A DNA stretch of 64,000 nt from Octopus vulgaris (taxonomy: Eukaryota). The notes under the pieces were generated by a model. It was not told the DNA's origin. It searched no databases and was given only the letters and a program-made list of their open reading frames with translations. Positions 50,401 to 62,400 of the stretch are shown one piece after another; within the stretch, counting starts at the first letter, position 1, and every line of letters starts with the position of its first letter. Both the position numbers and the translations under genes were made by a program. Where the stretch lies: contig OX597818.1 of the NCBI GenBank assembly GCA_951406725.2, positions 43,028,001 through 43,092,000 on the forward strand. Direction: 5' to 3'.

Positions 50401-53357
50401 GGTGGGGTTGTACTATAGCTATATAAAGCTGTAGATAGAAAGCCGGAGAGCGGCTCACAAAGGACTTGGTGAGTGATGCCAAGACACCCTCAGCCTTCTT
50501 GGCAATTTTAGCGATGTGTTTTGTCCAACGCAAGTCGCAGTCGACAATAACGCCCAGGTCATGTTCACAAAGACCAAATTGCTACAAAATATATTGTTGC
50601 TCTCTTCTGTAGATTGTAATAATATTATCTATTCAGTGTATCTGATTTCTGCAAATGTACGGACTCCAAAACCATCTATCCAAATTTATGCCATTGGAGA
50701 GCATGTTATTATTTATAGATGAATTTTGTTCATCTTTATATTCTGAGTTCAATTCTGCCTTTCATCCTTCCAAGGTTGATAAAATAAGTACCAGTTGAGT
50801 ACTGGGGTTGATATAATCGACTTACTCCACTCCCAAACTTAAGCCTTGTGCCAAAATTTGAAACCATTATTGATAGATGAATATTATTGTATGTTCCTTA
50901 CATAGATTGCATATATTTAATTAACTGGTATCTTGCAAAAAGCAGTTGATACAGTAATATAATTTCGAAAATGATACCATCTCATCTGTTCATGACTTTA
51001 CTTAAAAGTTATATTTAAAACAATAATAACTTGTATAGACTCATCATAAAGTATCTAGTTTTACTTCATGTTTTTTATAGGCAGAAAACATCTGCTAAAA
51101 ACTTTGTATTGTAGGCAGAAACATATATTATTGGCTGCTGAGTTCATAGATTTTGAATTTGCATGGTACTAATTTTACATGCTTCTTTTTAGAGACAGAA
51201 TGAATGTTAACTTGTTATTATATTCATTAAATGATTAAGATAAACTGTATAAGTATTGAAATTATTATTTCATAAATCAAATATAAACAGAAAGACAAAT
51301 TTCACATCACAATTAAATTGTGAAAATGTCATTTTGAAAACTAGAGAATTCACATCAGAAAAACAAATTTTACTTGTGAACATCCCATGAAAATAGTAGA
51401 TGCCTTAGAATTACCTCCCCTGGAACGCTTTAGTAAGTTGCTCTTTCACTCTCTTGACCAAACTTAGAAGTCCTTTTACATTGATGGCCACTATGCACTT
51501 CCAGTCTTTCTTTGATTGCACCTTTCTCTTCCATTTTGGGCTTGAACTTTTTTTCACTATTTCATTTTTCCAACATTTTGGAGATCTTCTAAGAGGTCTT
51601 TTCTGATCTTTTGGATAACACTCAACAATTGCATGGAACCACCTGTTATCGGGGAGAGCCTTACAGCATTTCTGGGCCAGTGGAACTTGTACTTTCAGTA
51701 TTCCATAATCACATCATTCACTCCACTCCATTCTTGAATTATTTCATTTTGGATATGCTTCCACAAGAATATTCCTAGCATGGATTTTTCTATGGCTTCC
51801 GTGCCATTGCAAGTCAATATTCTTCATTCTTCATAATAGCAATATACAATATTTTTCTTTATACTTGCTTATGTGAGAGTCTTTATTGGTTTATGCCAGC
51901 TTTATTATATATTGCTTTGTATAGTAAACACATTTGAAAATAAACATAATTATTCCAAAGAAAATATCTATTTGTATTATTTTTATAAATATTTACTTTT
52001 TCTTCTTTACAGACTGCTGACCTCAGACCACCACCTATACCTTATTATTATCAAACTCCACAGGGTCTGCATATAGACCTAAGGCTCTTTAACAAAGGTA
52101 ATTTCACGAGGAGACACTAATTCTCTTTAGAATATACTTATTTCCCTGCATTATCCTAATCTGTAACTATAGTGAAGTATTGAATGATTACACTTAGGAT
52201 GAATAAAAAGGAAGTGGATAGATGAGATTAAAAAATGTACAAATATTTCAGAAATGTAAATTTAACAAAAGATTAGCAACAAAAATAAATTAATTATAGT
52301 AAGTTTTTATTGTATCTTGGGAGTCTCATTATGCTGATAATAAACAGACTGTTCCTTTCAAATAGAATGTACATTAATTTATATATTTAATCCTTTGTAA
52401 AAATACAGATTCTGTGTATTAGTTTCTCTTTTCTTCCTAGTAACACTTTGTCATTGAGTTATGGGTTGTAAACTAATAGAAATGAGAATTGAGTATTTAT
52501 TTTAGATAAGATGCATAGGTGCAGGAGTGGCTGTGTGGTAAGTAGCTTGTTTACCAACCACATGGTTCCAGGTTCATTCCTACTGCGTGGCACCTTGGGC
52601 AAGTGTCTTCTGCTATAGCCTCGGGCAGACCTAAGCTTTGTGAGTGGATTTGGTAGACGGAAACTGAAAGAAGCCTGTCATATATATGTATATATATATA
52701 TGCGTGTATATGTTTGTGTGTCTGCAAACAGTTATAAGTACTACCTTTCCTCCTCTGTTTAAGTCATTACAAAGAAAAATAAAAGGCTGAGCATCAATAA
52801 ATTAAGCTGATAGTTGGTAACAAAAGCAATTACTTAATGTTTATATGGGTGATACATTGATATGGATCGTCATCATCATCTTCGTTTAACGTCCAATTTC
52901 CATGCTAGCATGGGTTGGATGATTTGACTGAGGCCTGGCGAACCAGACTCTAATCTGATCTGGCAGAGTTTCTACAGCTAGATGCCCTTCCTAATGCCAA
53001 CCACTCCGAGAGTGTAGTGGGCGCTTTTACATACCAGCGGCACGAGGGACAGTTGGTGGTACTGGCAACGGCCACGCTCAAATGGTGCTTTTTATGTGCC
53101 ACCTGCACAGGAGCCAGTCCATCAGCACTGGCAACGACCTCACTCAAATGTTTTTTTTCATGTGCCACCAGCACAAGTGCTAGTAAGGCGACGTAGGTAA
53201 CGATCACGTTCGAATGGTGTTTTTAACATGCTATTGGCCTGAAGGCCAGCTTGTTGCTCTGGCAACGACCTCACTCGTATGGTACTCTTAGCGCTCCACT
53301 AGCAACGGATGCCAGCCACCGAGTTTGATTCCGATTGCAATGTAAGTATCTGCAATG

Positions 53358-53420
<63 letters not shown>

Positions 53421-56400
53421 GAAGCTGCACTATATATTAGTTGTGAAAACTTCTTGGAGCAGTAGTATTCCTCTGAAGACTTAGAAAGTAGTCAGCTCAG
53501 GTCTGAGATAATAAGGCATTCTCTAATAAGAGGATACGCAATGATTGTATATTATTTTGCAACGATACTTGATTTGTGTTGATATTGCAAAACATAATGA
53601 CAAGAGGAAATGTTGCTCCTCAGAAGCTTAAAGAAGTCTTTAATACCATCTAATTAATCTAATTCATTATAACATGTTTTGAAGAACTAGTAAAAATTAA
53701 ATGCAAAATACAATTTAATTGTTTTAGTTCTTTTACTGATTGAAAATTATATGCTCAAAGATCTCGAAATTTTTTTATTTCGCCTAAAATTCATTTTTAT
53801 TTTATTGCTGTACCTTGTATCTGACCAAATTGTAAACTCGATCAATTCACATCCTCTTAATAAAAAAAAAATTTTAATGTTTTCCAGATTTAATTAATAA
53901 CTGCTTACCAATTTTGAGTAATATAGTTGATAAAGAATCAAAAAGTTGGCATATTCAGTACCGTCAAAAATTAGTTCGTGAACTCAAAGGTGAGTATGAA
54001 TTTCATTTACAAAACCCATAAATGCCTATTTTTTATATTTCATTTCATATCTTTAATTAAAAAAATATATTAACAAAATTACTAAATGTTTTTTTTCTGT
54101 TTTGTAGCTAAAGGATTGTCCGATAAACAGATTAATGAGGTAATTCTTTGATACAAATATTTTGTATTACACTAACTTCATTATTATACTTTTTTATCTT
54201 GCTTTTGATGGTGATGACAGCAAATTATTTGTTAATGTAACAGTAAAATCGAACTCAAGTCCAGTTATGTAATTTAAAGTATAGTATAGCAGGCTTAGAA
54301 AATTATACAAGAAAAGAGTTTGAGTGTGGTCAAAGAAAATAACTATTTCATATTTTGAGGCTACAAGGGTTCAAGGTGTAACAAAATCATAAATTAAATC
54401 ACTCTGAAAGTACCATAATGAAAATAAAAATTAAAAACAAGTTTTTGCTTGTGTTAATCTAAGTTTTTTTCTCTGATGCTTAAACATTGAAGAAACAGTG
54501 AAATATTTCTACATTTCTGTATTTGTTTCAAATTTCACTAACAGATCCCACCATCGAAAGAACAAAGTACATCCAAATAAACATTTGAATTTTAATTAAA
54601 ATATTGAAAAAAAAAAAACAAAGCAATAAGCCAGCAAAAGCAATATATGTATGATTTATACATGTTTTTGAAATCTTGAATCGCTGAATGAAACTTGAGG
54701 GTTTTATGCGTTAAGGTACTACTTTGGCAAGGGAAGTAACTCTGCTTGCTTCACTTAGCTTAACGAGGTTCTGCTTCGTATTTGTGTAGTTGGAGATAGG
54801 AACACTCAACAATAAAAGACAAACAAATATTTTTCCTCACACTGGAAACTAAAATATGATATAGAGGAAATGTTTTTCTTCTGTAATGTATTTAAACCGC
54901 TGATCTTACTGAAATTTCATTAATCATTAGATGATTAAAGTGAGTGCAAATGTGACAAAAATGTAATATCCTGTTACCCATTGATTATTGCAATTACTTT
55001 GTCTGCTCCAGGATGTGGGAAGAATTTCAGCTTAACAATGAAATATTTTTCAATTGTATTATGTATTTACTGCCTACAATAGTGGTCTGTACCTTGCTGT
55101 GATACCTAAACAAACTTCACCATAGTTTTAGCTAAGAACATAACACTTTAACATTTTAATGATGGGATATAAGTTGTTGACCTTTTAGTTATAAGTTCAT
55201 AATTATATTAAACTGACTGGCAGTAATTCTCCAAAATCTATAATTAATATAATAAATTCTTTTGTGTTTTAAATTTCTAAAAGATCACTATTTTCTTTTT
55301 CTTTTAACAGGAAGTCAATATCGCTGTAATGGCAGAATACCTGCAGCGAGTTTATCGAGCCGTGTTGAATAATGTAGAATTAGAGAACTTACAACATGGA
55401 ATAGGTATGATATACTTTGTCTATTTGTAATCAAGCATAACTGGGGAAGTAAAAGATTCAATCCAGTTTCAAAAGTTCATTTATGATTCCTATGTTCTTT
55501 TCATCCGCCTGCTCATCCACATTCTGCTTACGAAGAAAGCTAAAATCCTTATGGTTCTATTTTCATCTACAGCTAGACTTCATAAAATAGAAACAGTTTT
55601 CCTTTTCTTTTTCCTGTTAAGAAATGAGGGGAAAGGGAAATTTTTCATGTCTGGCGATATCAATTTTTGAAAAAGAATTTTATTTCATGTGTTATTAGAA
55701 TTAGTAACTTGTATTTGCTATATGATAATAATGAAATTATTGTATACAGTACTCAGGTGCACCACAACTTGTCAAAAGTGCGTATAAAGCATATGCAGTA
55801 ATGTACAAATGTCTGGAAAGCGAACAGTGTATGAGTCAGGTACATGCTTGCGTGTGTATGGAGGGGAGAAAATCAGGTGTAGTGTTGGCGAATCTCAGGA
55901 AGCATGGAAGTTTTGAAGGATGCAGTGCTCCGACAACTAACAACTGATGCCAGCAGTTTGTTCCATACTTCAGCAACTCTTAGCGTGAAAAAATGTTTCC
56001 TAAAGTCATGGGAGCTGTGCTGTTTTCTGACTTTGTAAACATGTCCACGGGTGTTAGAGAGGTGGAGTTTGAAAAGGTCCTCAGTTATTGTTTGTAGACT
56101 ACTATTAATTATTAATTCAATTAAGTCATCAAATTTATTCACCTTATATTATATGGATTTGGGTTGGTAAAAGATGTAACATTATGTTTTCTTCATATTC
56201 TGGTGTAAAATTAAAAAAGGATTAAAAAAAACTGTTTTTCTACATGAAATTTCATAACAGCCTATAGAAAATTATAAGTAATGAATGTTTTCATTTAGAG
56301 TATGCACCAGCAAATTCTAAACTCTCCAACAGCATGACAATATTTCATTATTAGCACTGGCGAGGGTGGTGGATTGCAGGAATTGTTAGAGCATAAAGCA

Positions 56401-59400
56401 TCAGTGAAAATGCTTTGTAGTATGTAGTTACAAAGCTTTGTGGGATCTTTTTGGTTTGAACGGCAGTTTTTAACATAATTTCTAGGTAACTAAAAAATTT
56501 TAAACTTCGTATACTGGTAGAATGTGTTTATAAAACATCTTTTTCTCTTGGCTTTATTGAGAAAATTCTATAGTTTGTAAGATATTTGTTGGTTTTTTTC
56601 TTCAATTTCTGCAATTTCAACCAATCAATTACGTCTATTGAGGTAAAAAGCATTCTGTGCCGTATGAATATATCCCTTGTTTAAGAAACAGATTGGGTTT
56701 ATTTACATTTGTGAAGAAAAAAAGATACCCTTCCCCCCCCTAGCCCTAACTAACCCTAACCCTAAAACAGATAGGAATGTAATAGATCGATACTAGGGTC
56801 ATAATTATGGGTGACAATTTCATATGACACCGCTAGAAAAAACTGCCATTCAAACCGAAAAGATCCCCTTTGTATTCTGAGTTCAAATTCTAGAAGGCTA
56901 ACTTTGTTTTTTGTCCTTCAAAAGTTGATAAAATAAGTACTTGGGTCAATTCAATCACTTAACACCCATTTGCAAATTTATTGCCCTGTACCTATTTTAC
57001 AAATTATTGTCATAGATGTGTTGCTGAAGGAATTAATTATGTTATTGTCAGAATCATAGTATATGTGACGTTATGATAATATCTAATTCCTTTCAGTTCT
57101 ATCTTTATTTGTAGGTAGGCTTCATAGAATAAAAACGTTTTTTGTCTTTGTTGTGTTTTTTTGGCGGGGACATTTTCTGCTAAGAAATGAAGGAAACATT
57201 GCAAGTGAGAATTGTCAGGCATCTCAAGTAAACTTTTAATAAAATATTCATGATTCAGACTTCAAATGGTTTTCATAATTCCATAAGTCATTGAAGATTG
57301 CTTTATTACTTATATTTGGTTATTGAGGTTTTATTCATTTCTTTAAATGCCATTGTCTCTATTCTTCAGGACAACTTTTAGTTGCTCAGGCCCAGTCAGT
57401 ACTTGCCATGCAGAAGGCAGTACAGAAAATCCAACAAAAGATGGTTGAACACAAAGATAAGGTAGACTCTTTTGATATCTTTGATCTTTCAGTAAATAGC
57501 TTATAATGGAAATAAAATGGTAAGACTGCGAGTGAATATATGTAGCCTTGTTTATCACTGATTCATTCATCACTGATCTGAGATAACATGGTATGCTTAA
57601 TTGTAAACCATGTTACACTTAGTGGAGGCATGTGGCCTAGTGGTTAGAGCAGCGGACTTGCGGTCGAGGGATCACACGTTCAAATCGCAAACCGGGCGAT
57701 GTATGTGTTTATGAGCGAAACACCTCAGCTCCACACGGCTCTGGCAGAAAGTAATGGCGAACTTCTGCTGACTCTTTCACCACAACTTTCTCTCACTCTT
57801 TCCTCCTACATTTTGCAGCTCACCTGCGATGGACTGGCATCCCGTGCAGGTAGGGAACCTATACGCCAAGGAAACCAGGGAAACCAGCCCTATGAGCCAG
57901 GCATGGCTTGAGAAGGAACAACATGTTACACTTATTGTAGATTGATCTGTGATAAAACAAGTTAGCGGTCAGTTTAAGATTCTACTTGTACCACAGGAAT
58001 GCACCCCAGTGACAACCCATAATGCTGAACTACACCGAATGCACTGATGATTCCTTGTGCTTACATGAACAAACTGTGAGGCTGCATATATATTATTTGC
58101 ATTTACATATTTGTACCCATCAACATGGGACCAGTGAGAAGAAAGATGCAAAGGCATCTGATTCTAACCAATGATGCAGTCAAGTGTATTTTTAACATGT
58201 AAAGGTAGAGATAGTCAAGAAAATACCTGACAGTGGAAGCTTCACTGTTGTGGGCTGCAAGTTTGGTTTCAATGACTCCACCATTCATTCTATTTTCAAA
58301 GTGCTTGGATATCATTTACTAGTATGTGATTTTGGAACCAAACCCCTGTAATAAATGAGGATTGACTATTAACCTATTATTTTTAATTTAATTTTTTTTT
58401 TTTTTTCTTTTCTGCCTCTTCAGTTAATGGAACATTTAAAAGTTAAATACCCAGTGAAATCTCGAATCCCAGCCTGGAAAAATGAGCAATTGGAGCGTTT
58501 TGAAGTGAGAAACTATATTTTTCCCTCAATTTGTTGTGCTTCAGATTATCATTTAGAACTTTAAGTCTAATTTATATTTATTAGGCGTTTACCAAATTAA
58601 ATGATTTATTAAAGCTGTTTTCTTTTATATTTTTTAGGAAGAATTCATTAATCAAAATCTATGGTCAGCCCATGATATTGCGGTAAGTCTTTGTGAGGAA
58701 CAAGATCTGAAACAAGCAGTTTACTTTCTGCGAAGGGACCTCAACTTTATCAAGGAGGTAAATATTTTGAAATTTTGTAAACAATATCAGTAGCAATATA
58801 CTTTTCTTTTATATGATAAAAAGAACATAGAGGAAGTCTTTTTATCAAACATTAAGTAATTTTTTTTGGCACTCAAGTCCCGTGCTAGTAGGGTATTAAG
58901 AGCACCATCCAAGCGTGATCGTTGCCAGAGCGGCTATCTGGCCTCCATGCCGGTGGCACATAAAAGACACCATTCGAGCGTGATCATTACCAGCATTGCC
59001 TTACTGGCACCTGTGCCGATGGCATCTGTAAAAGATTCGAGCGAGGTCATTGCTAGTACCACCTGACTGGCCCCATGCTGGTGGCACGTAAAAGCACCCA
59101 CTACACTTTTGGAGTGGTTGGCGTTAGGAAGAGCATTCAGCTGTAGAAACTCTGCCAGATCAAGATTGGAGCCTGGTGCGGCCATCTGGTTCGCCAGCCC
59201 TCAGTCATTCGTCCAACTCATGCTAGCATGGAAAGCGGACGTTAAACGATGATGATGAAGTGTGATGCAGTTGGTTGAGTCAATCGGATATTAGCCTTCT
59301 GATAGAAAAGTTGATGAATACTTATCCCCTCACAATACATGTCCGAGATCTCTAGCTGTTTCAATCTAACTTGATGTAAATGGGTAGACATGAGCATATA

Positions 59401-62400
59401 CCATCAGTTAAATCAATCAAAGTAGTGTTTAATTGATGAATACTTTATTGACTTGCACCATAGCAGAGGAGTTCAAAACTAGCTATCTATGAGAACTCTT
59501 GTGTGCAGATGGTTTTGTTCTCACAGTTGAAGAATTAAAGAAACAATTCCAAACATGACCACTGAGCTTAAACTAAAGAAGTCTAAAAGTAAATCTAGCA
59601 AATGACAAAAGTTTTAGTCAGCAAGAAAAAATACAGGTCTCTGTTGACATGTGAAAAGCGACAATGATTGAATTACTGAAAAGTTATAGGTTGGCGTTCT
59701 AAGCTGTGTATCTAATGTGAACTATGGAATCATAAGTGAATGGCAAAGAAGAAGGACCTCTTATGTAATAGATAATAATAATAATAATAATAATTGTGTA
59801 CAGTGCTCAGGTGCACTACAACTCATCTAAAGTGTATATATAATCAGGTGAAGTTTCGGCGGATTTCGGAAAGCATGAGGGCCTTAAAAGATGCAGTGTC
59901 ATGGCAGTCAACAACTGACGCAGGCAGTTTATTCCATGCTTCAGCAACTCTGAGCGTGAAAAAATGTTTCCGAAAGTCATGGGAGCTGTATTGTTTTCTG
60001 ACTTTGTAGGCATGTCCACGTGTGTTAGACACATGGAGATCAAAAAGGTGTTCAGTGTTGTTGTTGGTGAGGTGGTTGATAACTTTGTGGGTGTTTACCA
60101 AGTCCGTCGCCAAACGCCGGAGCTTCAGTGAATCCATGCCCAGGGAAACAAGGCGCTCAGAATATGGTAGGTGTCTGATGGAGGGTATGCGTTTGGTTGC
60201 ACGTCTCTGGACAGATTCCAGGAGGTCTAGATATACAGGACTGGGTAGTTGCAAGAACACCTAAGAGATGAGTTTTTCAAATGCCCCAAACATATCTCAG
60301 GAAGTAGTTGATAGATTCTGTTGCCTGGATTGCCTAATCTATAAGGGAAGTGAGTATTCTATAAATATAGTTACCAGAACAAGAAAGGAATAGAAAGAAT
60401 TCAGGAAGTTGTTACCTTTGTAGGCAACAGAGAGACTCTCTCTCTCTCTCTCTCTCTTTCAGAGTGATGGTAGATTGTATGATTCTTGTGCCTGAAGTGT
60501 AATGTGGGCATTGAATGTGGTGGATGTACAAAGGTAGGAATGAAATTGTGTGCAAGTTCCACTGGACATGTAAATAAATATACATGAAGGAGGAAGCATA
60601 AATGAGATGGGAGAGAAACTGGGTGTAAGAGATATCAGATGTAGTGTGCAGGAGAGACAACTGTGGTGGTAGGGCCATGTGATGTGTATGAAGAATGAGA
60701 GTTGGATAAAACATATTAAATTGGACAAATGGAAGGTGCCAGGTAAAAAGGTAAATGCAAGAAGCAGTGGTGAAAGTTGAGCTGAGAATGTCAAGCCTCA
60801 AAAGGGACATGTTAGTGATAATGACATGTTGGAGAAAACATCTAACTCATGTAACCAGGGAAAAATGGATGAAATTATGTTGATGGTAACTGAATTAAAA
60901 TCTTAACATGACTATAAGTACTTGTCAGGCCACACTTCAATGTATGACACTAGTAACAGAATGCCTTGGGGGTGAGCCATTTTCTTAAAGTTAATAGGGC
61001 TAATCCCCCTTAGATGACTGCATCTAATGAAGAAGAGTTGAACATAGACTCTGTTACACATGTGTAGGATAAATAAAGTCTTGATTGACATTAAATAATG
61101 CTATAGACTAATGGAAATTATATCTATGTAATTATATTTTCTTTTATTCTTTTACTGGTTTCAGTCATTGAAATGTGACCATGCTGCACTCTCACCCGCT
61201 TCAAGGGTTTGAGCTTTCATACTCTCTTTACTCTCTTTTACTTGTTTCAGTCATTTGACTGCTTCCCTTAATCGAGCAACTCGACCCTGGGACTTATTCT
61301 TTGTAAGCCCAGTACTTATTCTATTGGTCTCTTTTGCCAAACCGCTAAGTGACGGGGACATAAACACACCAGCATTGGTTGTCAAACAATGCTAGGGAGA
61401 CAAACACAGACACACAAACACACACACATACACATACATATATACAACGGGCTTCTTTCAGTTTCCGTCTACCAAATCCACTCACAAGGCTTTGGTCGGC
61501 CTGAAGCTATAGTAGAAGATGCTTGCCCAAGGTGCCACGCAGTGGAACTGAACCTGGAACCATGTGGTTGGTAAACAAGCTACTTACCACACAGTCACCC
61601 CTGCACCTATTCATACTGAATCCAGTGCTTATTTCAGTTCTGGTATTCATTTCAACAATGTCTATTTGTCATAGTTTTAAGTTTCAGGATGTAAAGAACA
61701 CAATATAAACAACACCAATTTTTATACCAGTGTAAGCATAAACCCAGTCACAGACAAACACACACATACACACACACATATATATATACATACATATATA
61801 TATACATACATTCACATGCACACAACAGGTTTCCTCACAGTTTCCACTTGTCAAATTACACTCATAAATTATTAGTTAACTTCAGTTATTAGACCCTTAC
61901 CCCAAAGTGTGTGCAGTGAGACTGAATCTGGAACCACATGGTTGCAAGCTTCTTAACAACACAGCCATGTCTCTGCCTGTGTAGAAAAATAGCCTATTGA
62001 GTGATAGCATTAGCAAAATAATAGATCCTGTTATTAACAGTAGCTTAGCTATCATTATTACATTCGTTTTATAAAGACAATTAAAAATAAGATGATTTTA
62101 TTGCTTACATTCATTCAAAGAGTTCATCATCATCATCATTGTTCGACCGTGGTCGAGACAATGGAATTTACCATGTTGCGCCAGACTTCACGGTCCATCA
62201 TAGCATTACGGAGGTCCTGTTGCTGGATGCCTGTATCCCTGGAGATTACATCAGGGTAGGAGAGTGTGCGCCCTCTGGTGTTGCGAGTAGATGGCTTCCA
62301 GAGGAGAAGAGTAGAAATTACTTCTTTTTCAGCTCTACAACAATGTCCAGCAAACTGGACTCTCCTACCCTTCACAAGAGATGACACAGGTGGTAATTTC

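Noticed and set aside
52990-53300. Regularly spaced repeats resembling a CRISPR array
   Set aside because: Eukaryotic context; the intervening segments are homologous to each other and belong to the RTE 3' UTR; no cas genes.
53474-53500. CTGAAGA-cttA-GAAA hammerhead-like string
   Set aside because: No stem II and no pairing for stems I or III.
57622-57700. tRNA-like sequence with A and B boxes (also in the other SINE heads)
   Set aside because: SINE head, not a tRNA gene: no acceptor stem, followed by SINE body and TSD.
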